Shown: positions 1 to 7,763 of the stretch, in pieces | Numbering within the stretch: the first letter of the stretch is position 1 | How the letters are laid out: each line of letters opens with the position of its first letter | DNA from: a virus | Direction: 5' to 3' (one strand) | Virus record (IMG/VR): IMGVR_UViG_3300017440_000004 | Coordinates: 1 to 42,216 of that record | DNA: 42,216 nucleotides | Position numbers and translations under genes: made by a program | Notes under the pieces: model-generated | The model's database searches: none | What the model was told of the DNA's origin: nothing | The model's input: the letters and a program-made list of their open reading frames with translations, nothing else

Positions 1-123
1 ATGTATCGCGACTTCATGGCGGCGGGCCACCCGATTTTTCCCATTTACCGGTTCAAGACCAATGGGCAATGCGAGTGCGGCGATCCTGAATGCCCTGCAC
101 CCTCGAAGCATCCTCGCGCATCC
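1..123. repeat. Terminal overlap identical to 42094..42216 (circular closure or terminal redundancy; unit genome 42,093 bp)
   Basis: Read directly: atgtatcgcgacttcatggcggcgggccac...gcatcctcgcgcatcc is present at both window ends. The repeat lies inside the primase ORF. Confidence 0.95.
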
Positions 124-2271
124 AACTGGCAACATACGCCGCTGTGGGACGACGATCAGGTCGAGTCGATGGAGATGGCCGGCCACCTTGACACAGGCTA
201 CGGCGTCCTGTGCCGGGGTATGCTCATTATCGACGTGGACGCTCGCAATGGCGGGGTCGAATCCTATGCCAAGCTGAAGCGCGATGTTGCCGGTGTGGAC
301 GATGCCGGGCTGACGGTTGCCACGGGATCGGGCGGCGGGTCGCAGCATCTGTATTTCAGCGCGCCTGACGATGTAGCGATGGTTACGCATCTGCCAGAAT
401 ATCCAGGGATTGATTTCAAGTCATCGGGCTATGTCGTCGGGCCGGGGTCGGCACATAAGTCTGGCGGCGTTTACGTTGCGGACGGCTACCCGGACGACAT
501 CGGCCCTGCGCCACAAGGGCTGATTGATCTCCTTCGCAGACCGGAGCGCCACCGTTCCGAGTTTAACGGCCACGCTGTCGATCTGGCACATGAAGACATC
601 GCGGACATGCTGTCCCATGTCGCCAACAATGATCTGCCTTACGAAGATTGGATAGCCATCGGCATGGCAATTCATCATGCCACGCAAGGGTCAGGCTTTG
701 ATCTGTGGGACCGGTGGTCCGCGACAAGCGGCAAGCACGACGCGGCCAAGATGCAATACAAGTGGGGTAGCTTCGGGCGGTCGTCCAATCCTGTGACCAT
801 CGGGACGCTGATTCATCACGCCGAACAGGGCGGCTGGGTTATGCCGGTGACGTTCGTTCCAGATCAGCAGTTTGACGACGAGCCGGCAGAGGTGGCTGCG
901 GATGGCTTGCCCTTCGATATCTCGGGTGTGGACCTGACAGCACCGCCGGGTTTCGTGGGGGAGGTGGCTAGGTGGATCGAAAATCAGTCGTTCCGTCCTC
1001 GCAAGCATCTGGCAGTAGCTGGAGCCTTGACGGCCATCGGTAACATCGCCGGCTTGCGGTACATTGATGACCTGTCAGGCGTCACATCCAACCTGTTCTG
1101 CTTTTGCGTGGCTGGTGCCCGAACCGGCAAGGAAAGCATTCAGCAGGCTATGGCGCAGTTACACCGCGCTGCTGGAATTGCTGCGGCCATGCATGGGTCT
1201 ATCAAGTCAGAACAGGAAATCGTTCGAAACCTGACACGTCATCAGGCCAGTTTTTATATTGTGGACGAACTTGGCATCCTGTTGGGCAAAATCCGCAATG
1301 CGCAACAGAAGGGCGGCGCGCTTTATCTGGATGGTGTGCTCGGCGTCCTGATGTCTGCCTATTCGAAGGCCAACGGCTACATGCTGTTGACCGGTGACGC
1401 CAAGGAGTTGGTTCGCGCTGATCTACTGAAGGAATTGTCTCAGTGGATGAAAAAGCAGGAAGATGGTCCGAAGCCAAGTGGGGAAAAGCGGATTGCCTCT
1501 ATTGAGGCGGCGCTTAACACCTTGGATCGGGGCTTGGAAAAGCCTTTCTTGTCGCTGATTGGATTTACCACGCCGGTCACGTTTGACGGGCTGGTTGACT
1601 ACGAAAACGCCACCAACGGCTTTATCGGGCGGTCGTTGATTTTCAACGAACGCGAAACAGTGCCGCTTGCAAAGCGGGGGTTCAAGCCGGAGCCAATGCC
1701 GGACAATATGGCAATGTATATGGCTGCGCTGTTTAATGACGGCGAATACGGCGTGGACGCGCCAATGCGCGTTGAGTCTCGGGATGACAGGATTGTCGTT
1801 CCCACCACCGTCAAAGCGGCAGAGATGCTCGACAAGGTGTCTTTGTGGATGGAGGGCATGGCAGAGGCCCAGAAGGCCACAACGTCGCTGGAGGCGCTTT
1901 ACCTAGGCGCTTACGAGCTTGTTTCGAAAGTGTCCCTGATCCTCGCCATTCCGGATCGCTTGCGCGGCGAGGAACATATCCGCTGGGCATTCGCCTTGAT
2001 CCGTCGCGACATCGAAGAAAAGGCCAGAATGGTCATCGGCAACGACAGCGCCAAGACCGCGCCGAAATCCGCCCTGAGTGCCAAAATCCTGAACCTGACT
2101 GCTGACGGCGGCGAGAAGGAGGGGGTTATCATCAACCGGTTAACGCGTTCGTTCAAGCGCGAGGATGTGCTGACCGCACTTGAAACGATGGTCAAAGCTG
2201 GTGCCCTCAAATGCGAGGAGCGTGTCCACAAGGGCAATAAATCGGTGTCCAAGGCGTATTTGCACCCGTGA
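1..2271 (+). CDS. Bifunctional primase-polymerase (PrimPol N-domain + PriCT-2-like domain) fused to a P-loop D5/DUF3987-like helicase; the true start is at 42052, across the circular junction
   Basis: 756-aa ORF. The N-terminus (GHPIFPIY...CECGDPECPAPSKHPR...LIIDVDARNGG...GGGSQHLYF) is PrimPol-like. DLPYEDWIAIGMAIHHAT...WDRWS...KW is PriCT-2-like. Walker A is GARTGKES and Walker B-like is FYIVDELG. Confidence 0.9.
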   Translation: MYRDFMAAGHPIFPIYRFKTNGQCECGDPECPAPSKHPRASNWQHTPLWDDDQVESMEMAGHLDTGYGVLCRGMLIIDVDARNGGVESYAKLKRDVAGVDDAGLTVATGSGGGSQHLYFSAPDDVAMVTHLPEYPGIDFKSSGYVVGPGSAHKSGGVYVADGYPDDIGPAPQGLIDLLRRPERHRSEFNGHAVDLAHEDIADMLSHVANNDLPYEDWIAIGMAIHHATQGSGFDLWDRWSATSGKHDAAKMQYKWGSFGRSSNPVTIGTLIHHAEQGGWVMPVTFVPDQQFDDEPAEVAADGLPFDISGVDLTAPPGFVGEVARWIENQSFRPRKHLAVAGALTAIGNIAGLRYIDDLSGVTSNLFCFCVAGARTGKESIQQAMAQLHRAAGIAAAMHGSIKSEQEIVRNLTRHQASFYIVDELGILLGKIRNAQQKGGALYLDGVLGVLMSAYSKANGYMLLTGDAKELVRADLLKELSQWMKKQEDGPKPSGEKRIASIEAALNTLDRGLEKPFLSLIGFTTPVTFDGLVDYENATNGFIGRSLIFNERETVPLAKRGFKPEPMPDNMAMYMAALFNDGEYGVDAPMRVESRDDRIVVPTTVKAAEMLDKVSLWMEGMAEAQKATTSLEALYLGAYELVSKVSLILAIPDRLRGEEHIRWAFALIRRDIEEKARMVIGNDSAKTAPKSALSAKILNLTADGGEKEGVIINRLTRSFKREDVLTALETMVKAGALKCEERVHKGNKSVSKAYLHP

Positions 2272-2666
2272 CGGGCGTCAGAATACACGTGAATACGCAG
2301 CACAATATAAGGAAAAAGCCTTTGTTTTCAGGTGGTTACGCAGAATATCAGGATAACCTCTGGATACACAGATATATACATAGAAACAGAGTATCTAGGT
2401 ACACTTAGTACCTGATAGCCTGTCTGCCCCTTTCAGATTGAGATGTATGTATAAGTATTCTGTATATTCAGGTATTCTGAAAGGATTTCAAAGGCTTACA
2501 GCGTATTAGGGATTGGGTAGCCTGATTATCCAGAAAGGCGCTCATGACCGACCGCCAGGGCAAGGGCCGGGATTGTCGGGTGGGATTATTTTTGGGGCGG
2601 GGTGAGATTGTGGGTTGACGGTGTAGGGTGAAGAATGTAGAGAGGTTGCACAGTAGGAGACGCATC
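2272..2666. promoter_or_regulatory. AT-rich, repeat-rich intergenic region downstream of the primase gene; candidate origin and/or promoter region
   Basis: A hand-counted sample (2341-2400) is 35% GC, against about 60-72% in coding regions. GAATA(C/T) units recur in both orientations (cagaatacacgtgaatacg, cagaatatcagga, gtattctgtatattcaggtattctg). A 6-bp inverted repeat AGGTAC-n5-GTACCT is present. TTGACG at 2615-2620 is -35-like. Confidence 0.35.
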
Positions 2667-2828
2667 ATGAAGAAGATCGAAGCACTCAAGGCCATTGAAG
2701 CAGCCGGTATCGCTAACGACAGCACGGCAATGGTTCGTCTCTATACCGAAAATCGTATCGGCTACGCAGCGGCGTTAGAAGCTTGGACGCGCGGCTGCCG
2801 GATGCGACATGCAAAGAAAGCGGCTTAA
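2667..2828 (+). CDS. Hypothetical small protein (53 aa)
   Basis: Internal ATG of track ORF 2628..2828 (MKKIEALKAIEAAG...), preceded by TAGGAG at 7-nt spacing. Confidence 0.6.
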   Translation: MKKIEALKAIEAAGIANDSTAMVRLYTENRIGYAAALEAWTRGCRMRHAKKAA

Positions 2829-2858
2829 TTTTTACACGTCGCTTTGGACGTGTAAAAA
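2829..2858. repeat. Perfect 12-bp inverted repeat (TTTTTACACGTC-n6-GACGTGTAAAAA)
   Basis: Read directly. It sits between two small ORFs. The GC core is flanked by a T5 run 5' and an A5 run 3' in both orientations, so it is not a canonical U-tailed terminator. Confidence 0.8.
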
Positions 2859-2870
2859 ATAGGTGATTTT

Positions 2871-3035
2871 ATGAACCCCAATGCTTACCCCTGCTCCCAC
2901 CCCCGCACCCCCGAAAACTCCAAGCCGCACGGCAATGGGCATGTGTGCCGCATCTGTAGGCGGGTGATCGAGCAACGGGCACAGGCAAAACGGCGGCGTA
3001 CTGCTGCGGAAAATAAAATGTGCGATGACGCTTGA
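2871..3035 (+). CDS. Cys/His-rich micro-protein (54 aa), paralogue of 3649..3795
   Basis: Hand-translated; below the track's 60-aa cut-off: MNPNAYPCSHPRTPENSKPHGNGHVCRICRRVIEQRAQAKRRRTAAENKMCDDA. AGGTGA lies 5 nt upstream. Third codon positions are GC-rich. Confidence 0.6.
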   Translation: MNPNAYPCSHPRTPENSKPHGNGHVCRICRRVIEQRAQAKRRRTAAENKMCDDA

Positions 3036-3082
3036 CGGGTGGATAATCAAGCGTCATAAGGGGGTCAACAAGGAGACGTCCC

Positions 3083-3283
3083 GTGATTGCAACCTACACC
3101 GTCCATCAAGTTCGTCTCGATGGCTCGCTCTACAGCAAGCAGCATCTTAACAATCGCGATGAGCTTGCTGGTTGGGTTGATGAGTCGCTTGGTCGCTACG
3201 CCCGTATTCGGGTCGCCAACGATCACAGCGGCGAAGTTCGTGAGTTTGTTGACGCTGGTGATAAGTGGGAGTGGGTGGCATGA
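3083..3283 (+). CDS. Hypothetical protein (66 aa)
   Basis: Track ORF. GTG start 6 nt after AAGGAG. Confidence 0.65.
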   Translation: MIATYTVHQVRLDGSLYSKQHLNNRDELAGWVDESLGRYARIRVANDHSGEVREFVDAGDKWEWVA

Positions 3284-3486
3284 ATGGCCAGTGGGCGGTA
3301 ATCCCAGACATTCGTCCTTGGAGGGGCGACCAGGCGCGAGATTGGACGCCGTATTATTTTAGCGGCGGCATTAGTTGGGCTTGTCTGCATTCGGCTCAGT
3401 TTGCAGCAGGAAAGCTGCGTAAGATCGGAATTCCTTGTTACGTCGATATGGTTTTGGACACCGGAGGCAATTTGTATGCAAAATGA
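3280..3486 (+). CDS. Hypothetical protein (68 aa)
   Basis: ATG at 3280 overlaps the upstream stop (ATGA). This is an internal Met of track ORF 3265..3486 (MNGQWAVIPD...). Confidence 0.6.
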   Translation: MNGQWAVIPDIRPWRGDQARDWTPYYFSGGISWACLHSAQFAAGKLRKIGIPCYVDMVLDTGGNLYAK

Positions 3487-3652
3487 TTTGCGCTGTATTG
3501 AAGGACGATTGTTTCGCCACGATCCTCAGTATGAAGATCCGTATTTGGAAACGGATGTGGGTCAATGCCCGGATTGTTCGGGTGACGGATGCGGCGATGA
3601 CGATGAGCCAGTAAACAAGGCGGGCAGGTCTGAAAAATGGTTGCAAGGATGA
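3476..3652 (+). CDS. Cys-rich micro-protein (58 aa)
   Basis: Internal ATG of track ORF 3401..3652 (MQNDLRCIEG...CPDCSGDGCGDDDE). GGAGG lies about 10 nt upstream. It overlaps the end of the upstream gene. Confidence 0.55.
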   Translation: MQNDLRCIEGRLFRHDPQYEDPYLETDVGQCPDCSGDGCGDDDEPVNKAGRSEKWLQG

Positions 3653-3795
3653 TATTTCCATGCGGTCACGCTCGCACCCCGGATAACACCAAATCCAACA
3701 ACCGCCGTCCCGGTGGACGCTGCCGGATATGTCAGCGGGCCCATGAGCGTGCAGCGCAAGCAAAACGGCGCGAACAGGCCCGCCAGGCAAACTGA
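3649..3795 (+). CDS. Cys/His-rich micro-protein (48 aa), paralogue of 2871..3035
   Basis: Hand-translated; below the track cut-off: MIFPCGHARTPDNTKSNNRRPGGRCRICQRAHERAAQAKRREQARQAN. ATGA overlap upstream and TGATG overlap downstream. Confidence 0.6.
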   Translation: MIFPCGHARTPDNTKSNNRRPGGRCRICQRAHERAAQAKRREQARQAN

Positions 3796-4019
3796 TGCGC
3801 ACCAAACCTTACACCACCGCCGGCATTCAGCGCGTGCCCTGTAGCCGCTGTGGAGGCACCTCACAGCGGCAATGGTCGCTTAGACCATGTGCGATAGGCA
3901 AAACCGGCTGGTATGGCCTGTGCGTGGCTTGTGACGAGGATTTGAATGCACTGGTGATGGAGTTTTTGAACGTACCAGATCGCGAGGCGCGGATGGAGGC
4001 GTACCGTGCTGGTGGTTAA
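3795..4019 (+). CDS. Cys-rich hypothetical protein (74 aa)
   Basis: Track ORF. Contains CSRCGG...CAIG...CVACDEDL. Start is coupled to the upstream stop (TGATG). Confidence 0.65.
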   Translation: MRTKPYTTAGIQRVPCSRCGGTSQRQWSLRPCAIGKTGWYGLCVACDEDLNALVMEFLNVPDREARMEAYRAGG

Positions 4020-4139
4020 ATAGGGATTGCCCCCGCGCCGCCAGGAGGAGCCGGGAGAGGTTGGGGGATCAGGGATGGTGGTTATTTTTTAATGTGGGCA
4101 AAACAGGTATTGCCTGTACCACGTAATAGTGTAGTTTGC

Positions 4140-4181
4140 GGGGTGACAGAGCGTTCTTCCAGGTCCGCTCAATGTCACCCC
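4140..4181. repeat. Strong hairpin immediately upstream of HNH gene 1
   Basis: GGGGTGACA+GAGCG (4140-4153) pairs with CGCTC (4166-4170) and TGTCACCCC (4173-4181). This gives 14 bp with a 2-nt bulge and a 12-nt loop. The hairpin ends 7 nt before the ATG at 4189. Confidence 0.75.
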
Positions 4182-4188
4182 TAACGGC

Positions 4189-4779
4189 ATGGAGCGCCGC
4201 ATGATCGATGAGTTAGCAAACCCTGAATTTTGGAGCAAGGTCGATAAATCGGCTGGACCTGATAAGTGCTGGCCTTGGATCGGCGCAAAGCGTGGGCGTG
4301 GGTATGGAGTCTGCACGTTTGAGGGAAGACAAGTTGGCTCGCACAGGGTGGCACTGTTTCTGGCTACAGGAAGGCGTGATCTGTTCCAAATTGGGGGCGT
4401 TCATTACGAGGTGCCAAACCTAGCGCGCCATCTCTGTGCAAATCCGATTTGTGTAAATCCTGCTCATTTGGCGTGGGGTACGCCGGGGCAGAATTCTCGT
4501 GACCGTTCCCCTGAATGCTTAAAGCGTGCGGTGGACAAAGCTAATGCCACTAAGCGCGCTACTGGCGATTGGGGCGGTAAGCGCGCAGATAACGGAGGGC
4601 CGTTTCGGGTTCAGCCGACAGAAAGAGAAATCCTGAAGGCGACTCTGGCGAGGTATGAGGCGGCGTTGCGGGAGATTGCCGAGGGAGGCGTGCATTTCAC
4701 TCATGGTGACGTTTTGTGGATGCAGGGCATTGCGCAAGATGCTTTGGGTAAAGCAAAAGCGTTACACATAGAGACGTAG
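4189..4779 (+). CDS. HNH homing endonuclease (free-standing), copy 1
   Basis: Motifs CWPWIGAKRGRGYGV...SHRVA...HLCANPICVNPAHLAWGTPGQNSRDR. Paralogous to 18856..19347. Confidence 0.85.
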   Translation: MERRMIDELANPEFWSKVDKSAGPDKCWPWIGAKRGRGYGVCTFEGRQVGSHRVALFLATGRRDLFQIGGVHYEVPNLARHLCANPICVNPAHLAWGTPGQNSRDRSPECLKRAVDKANATKRATGDWGGKRADNGGPFRVQPTEREILKATLARYEAALREIAEGGVHFTHGDVLWMQGIAQDALGKAKALHIET

Positions 4780-4783
4780 TTTC

Positions 4784-4827
4784 GTGTCCGGGGAGTCTGC
4801 GGTGGGCGTAGACTTCGACCCGGACAC
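4784..4827. repeat. Hairpin immediately downstream of HNH gene 1
   Basis: GTGTCCGGG (4784-4792) and CCCGGACAC (4819-4827) form a perfect 9-bp stem with a 26-nt loop that contains an inner AGTC/GACT pairing. Confidence 0.65.
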
Positions 4828-4850
4828 TGGCCCCAGGAGAAGGTAGGGTT

Positions 4851-5624
4851 GTGATGGTTATGAATGACATGCAGGACGATGGCAAGTGGGGTGCGGTGAT
4901 TGCGGTCGATGGGAAGCGGCCGGAGTGGTTGGAGGCTGGACCTCAACCGATTCTTTTGCATAACTCAGTAGGCTGGCACACTTTCAATTGCGAGAACGTT
5001 GATCCCGCAAAAGTAGGATGGGCTTTCACAAGTGACGGCCGACCAAACGTCGACATCATCCGCCTGCCCGCTGACCACCCGCATTATAGGCAGGGGCAGG
5101 GAGTGGATTGGTCGAGGCCTATCGAGGCGGTGCATGAGGATGGGCGGGTTGTTGCGGTAGCTTTCGTTGAAGATGACGGCTCGGATGAATTATCGATGCT
5201 GATTAAGCCAGAAAGCGAAATGATTGATATCAATCGAGGCTCTGCCCGATATTTCAATCGTGACGGCACTCGCACCACCAAAGGCTGGCGCATCCGCAAC
5301 GTCCAGCCCGCCACACAGGCACCAGACGCACAGACCCTGACCGCGCAGGAGAGGTTGGAGCGGATGGAGGCGCTGGTGCGGGAAATGGCTGCACAAGCAG
5401 GCCCTGAACCTCGATTTATTGAACGCGCCCGCGCGCTCGTTGCCGCGATGGAGCCGGTGGTTGATGCTGACGTAATCGCAGTCCGCAAGATCATGCACGC
5501 CCAGCAGCGCGCTATGACGCCACCTAACAGCGGTTGGGGTAACATGTCTTATCTGAAGGGTAGCTACGACGACACAGAGCCGTTCAAAGCTGCACTTGTG
5601 GCTTATAGGGAGCAACGCCCATGA
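4851..5624 (+). CDS. Hypothetical protein (257 aa)
   Basis: Track ORF. GTG/ATG start cluster after GGAGAAGG. No family recognised. Confidence 0.7.
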   Translation: MMVMNDMQDDGKWGAVIAVDGKRPEWLEAGPQPILLHNSVGWHTFNCENVDPAKVGWAFTSDGRPNVDIIRLPADHPHYRQGQGVDWSRPIEAVHEDGRVVAVAFVEDDGSDELSMLIKPESEMIDINRGSARYFNRDGTRTTKGWRIRNVQPATQAPDAQTLTAQERLERMEALVREMAAQAGPEPRFIERARALVAAMEPVVDADVIAVRKIMHAQQRAMTPPNSGWGNMSYLKGSYDDTEPFKAALVAYREQRP

Positions 5625-5845
5625 CCGTCCCCGGCGTCTACAGCCCTGAGCAAATTGCCGCCCACGTCGAGCGCGTCATTGCGTCGGATGGTGTGGATGA
5701 TGAGGCGAAGGTGGAGGTGATGGCTAGGGCTATCTTTGGCGATATCAGCGGCTGGCTTTCCAATGAGTTTGCCCCGTGGCATTACGAGGAATTCAAGGAT
5801 ACCGCCCGCGCCGCACTCAAGGCGCTTCGTGAGATGGAGGAATAA
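5621..5845 (+). CDS. Hypothetical protein (74 aa)
   Basis: Track ORF. ATGA overlap with the upstream stop. Confidence 0.65.
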   Translation: MTVPGVYSPEQIAAHVERVIASDGVDDEAKVEVMARAIFGDISGWLSNEFAPWHYEEFKDTARAALKALREMEE

Positions 5846-5846
5846 G

Positions 5847-6083
5847 ATGGCAACTGCACCAACAGCAGGCGAATGGGCGTACAGCATGGCGCAGGACCAT
5901 GCCACACAGCTACAGGACGCAATGATTCTGATTGGATGGCTTTGTGGGCGCGTTATTGACTTGGAAGAGCAGGTCGGCATTGCGCCCGACCCCCGGCCAA
6001 CGTTGGCTTCACAGATTAACGGCTTTGGCTGCATTCCTAACCGTGAGAAGGCGGTAGCTGAAGCTATGGCTAAGGCCTTTTGA
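5847..6083 (+). CDS. Hypothetical protein (78 aa)
   Basis: Internal ATG of track ORF 5736..6083 (MATAPTAGEWAY...), preceded by GGAGGAATAAG. Confidence 0.65.
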   Translation: MATAPTAGEWAYSMAQDHATQLQDAMILIGWLCGRVIDLEEQVGIAPDPRPTLASQINGFGCIPNREKAVAEAMAKAF

Positions 6084-6172
6084 TGACCAACCTAGACCAT
6101 TTCCGGTTAGGCTTCTTCCGTGGCATCGGCTACAGCTTGTCGGCGCGACTGGTTCGGGTTATATTCGGGTGA
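6083..6172 (+). CDS. Possible 29-aa bridging micro-ORF
   Basis: Hand-translated: MTNLDHFRLGFFRGIGYSLSARLVRVIFG. TGATG overlaps occur at both ends. About 20 of 28 third positions are G/C. Confidence 0.35.
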   Translation: MTNLDHFRLGFFRGIGYSLSARLVRVIFG

Positions 6173-6465
6173 TGGGCGATCAGCAAAAAAGAGGGCAGAT
6201 ACAGAACCTTACTAACGCCGGTAAGGGGCGTCCGAAGGGCGTTCCGAATAAGACCACCGCGCTACTCAAAGACGCTATCCTGCAAGCCGCGCACAAGGCT
6301 GGCGGCGAAGGTGGAATGGTTGAGTATCTGACCGAACAGGCAGAGAAGAATCCTGGCCCGTTTATGGCCCTGCTTGGCAAAGTCTTGCCGATGCAGATTA
6401 CCGGCGAGGACGGCGGACCTGTTCAGATTACGCGCATCGAGTTGACATCTGTTACGCCCAAATGA
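6172..6465 (+). CDS. Putative terminase small subunit / DNA-binding packaging protein
   Basis: 97-98 aa, directly upstream of TerL with an ATGA overlap. The basic N-terminus (GKGRPKGVPNKTTALLKDAI) resembles small-terminase/DUF5681-type proteins. The call rests on position plus this motif only. Confidence 0.55.
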   Translation: MGDQQKRGQIQNLTNAGKGRPKGVPNKTTALLKDAILQAAHKAGGEGGMVEYLTEQAEKNPGPFMALLGKVLPMQITGEDGGPVQITRIELTSVTPK

Positions 6466-7763
6466 GTGTAGTTCAGGTCCAGATGCCCGAAAAGCTGGTG
6501 CCCGTTTTTGATGGCCCAGCCGATACGCGGGTAGCATGGGGCGGGCGCGGTTCAGGCAAGACCCGCACATTTGCCAAGATGACGGCGGTTCGGGCCTTGA
6601 TCTGGTCGCAGGCTGGAAAGGAAGGTATTATCCTTTGCGCGCGCGAGTTCATGAACTCGCTGGAGGATAGTTCGCTAGAGGAAATTAAAGCCGCTATCCG
6701 TGAAACGGATTGGCTGGTGCCTTATTTCGATATTGGTGAGCAGTACATCCGCACCAAAGACGGGAGGATTAGCTACAGCTTCTCCGGTCTACGTCGCAAC
6801 ATTAGCAGCTTGAAGTCCAAGGCGCGCATCTTGCTATGTTGGGTTGACGAGGCTGAGACTGTTACGGATGACGCGTGGACCAAGCTAATTCCGACATTGC
6901 GCGATGAAGAGTCGGAACTGTGGGTGACGTACAATCCTGAAAAGGACAACAGTCCGACTCACAAAAGGTTCAGGAACTCAACCGATCCCAACACTAAGGG
7001 AGTCGAGATTAACTGGCGTGATAATCCTTGGTTTCCAGAGATATTGGATCGCAAGCGCCTAAAAGACAAAGAAGAACGCCCCCACCTGTACGACCACATC
7101 TGGGAAGGTGACTTTATCCGCGTGGTCGAGGGTGCGTATTTTGCCCCGCATCTGACCAAAGCGCGCGAAGATGGCCGCATTGGCATGGTTGGGGAGGACC
7201 CTAACCTTATCGTGCGGCTGTTTACGGACATCGGTGGCACGGGAGCCAAGGCGGATAACTTCGTATTCTGGGCTGCGCAGTTTGTCGGGACTGAAATCCG
7301 CTGGACCAATCATTACGAGCAGCAGGGACAGCCTGTCAGCGCCCATCTTAATTGGATGCGCTCGCAAGGTTATTCGCCGGACCGCTGCAAGATTTGGCTG
7401 CCGCACGACGGAGATACGCAGGACAAGGTATTCGACACGTCCTATCGCAAGGCACTGGAGGGTGCGGGGTATCAGGTCGAGGTCGTGCCTAACCAGGGCA
7501 AGGGCGCGGCGATGCAGCGGGTGGAGAAGGCCCGCCAGCTATTCTCGCGCATGCGGTTCGATGATGACAAATGTAGCGCCGGCTTGAAGGCGTTGGGCTG
7601 GTATCACGAGAAGCGCGATGATGACCGTGGCATAGGCCTTGGACCTAATCACGATTGGTCGTCGCATTCTGCCGATGCTTTTGGTACAGGTTGCGTTGCT
7701 TACGAAGAACCGCGTAAGGCGGTGACACTGGATTTAAGCAAGCTGCGGCGTGGAGTTGTTTGA
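6462..7763 (+). CDS. terL: Terminase large subunit (PBSX/Terminase_3-like, headful type)
   Basis: 433 aa. Walker A is GGRGSGKT and Walker B-like is LLCWVDEAE. A C-terminal nuclease region is present. It lies immediately upstream of the portal gene. Confidence 0.92.
   Translation: MSVVQVQMPEKLVPVFDGPADTRVAWGGRGSGKTRTFAKMTAVRALIWSQAGKEGIILCAREFMNSLEDSSLEEIKAAIRETDWLVPYFDIGEQYIRTKDGRISYSFSGLRRNISSLKSKARILLCWVDEAETVTDDAWTKLIPTLRDEESELWVTYNPEKDNSPTHKRFRNSTDPNTKGVEINWRDNPWFPEILDRKRLKDKEERPHLYDHIWEGDFIRVVEGAYFAPHLTKAREDGRIGMVGEDPNLIVRLFTDIGGTGAKADNFVFWAAQFVGTEIRWTNHYEQQGQPVSAHLNWMRSQGYSPDRCKIWLPHDGDTQDKVFDTSYRKALEGAGYQVEVVPNQGKGAAMQRVEKARQLFSRMRFDDDKCSAGLKALGWYHEKRDDDRGIGLGPNHDWSSHSADAFGTGCVAYEEPRKAVTLDLSKLRRGVV

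Noticed and set aside
2544-2618. 24-codon ORF (MTDRQGKGRDCRVGLFLGRGEIVG) in the AT-rich intergenic region
   Set aside because: It is too short, has weak coding statistics and lies in a region better explained as regulatory or origin DNA.
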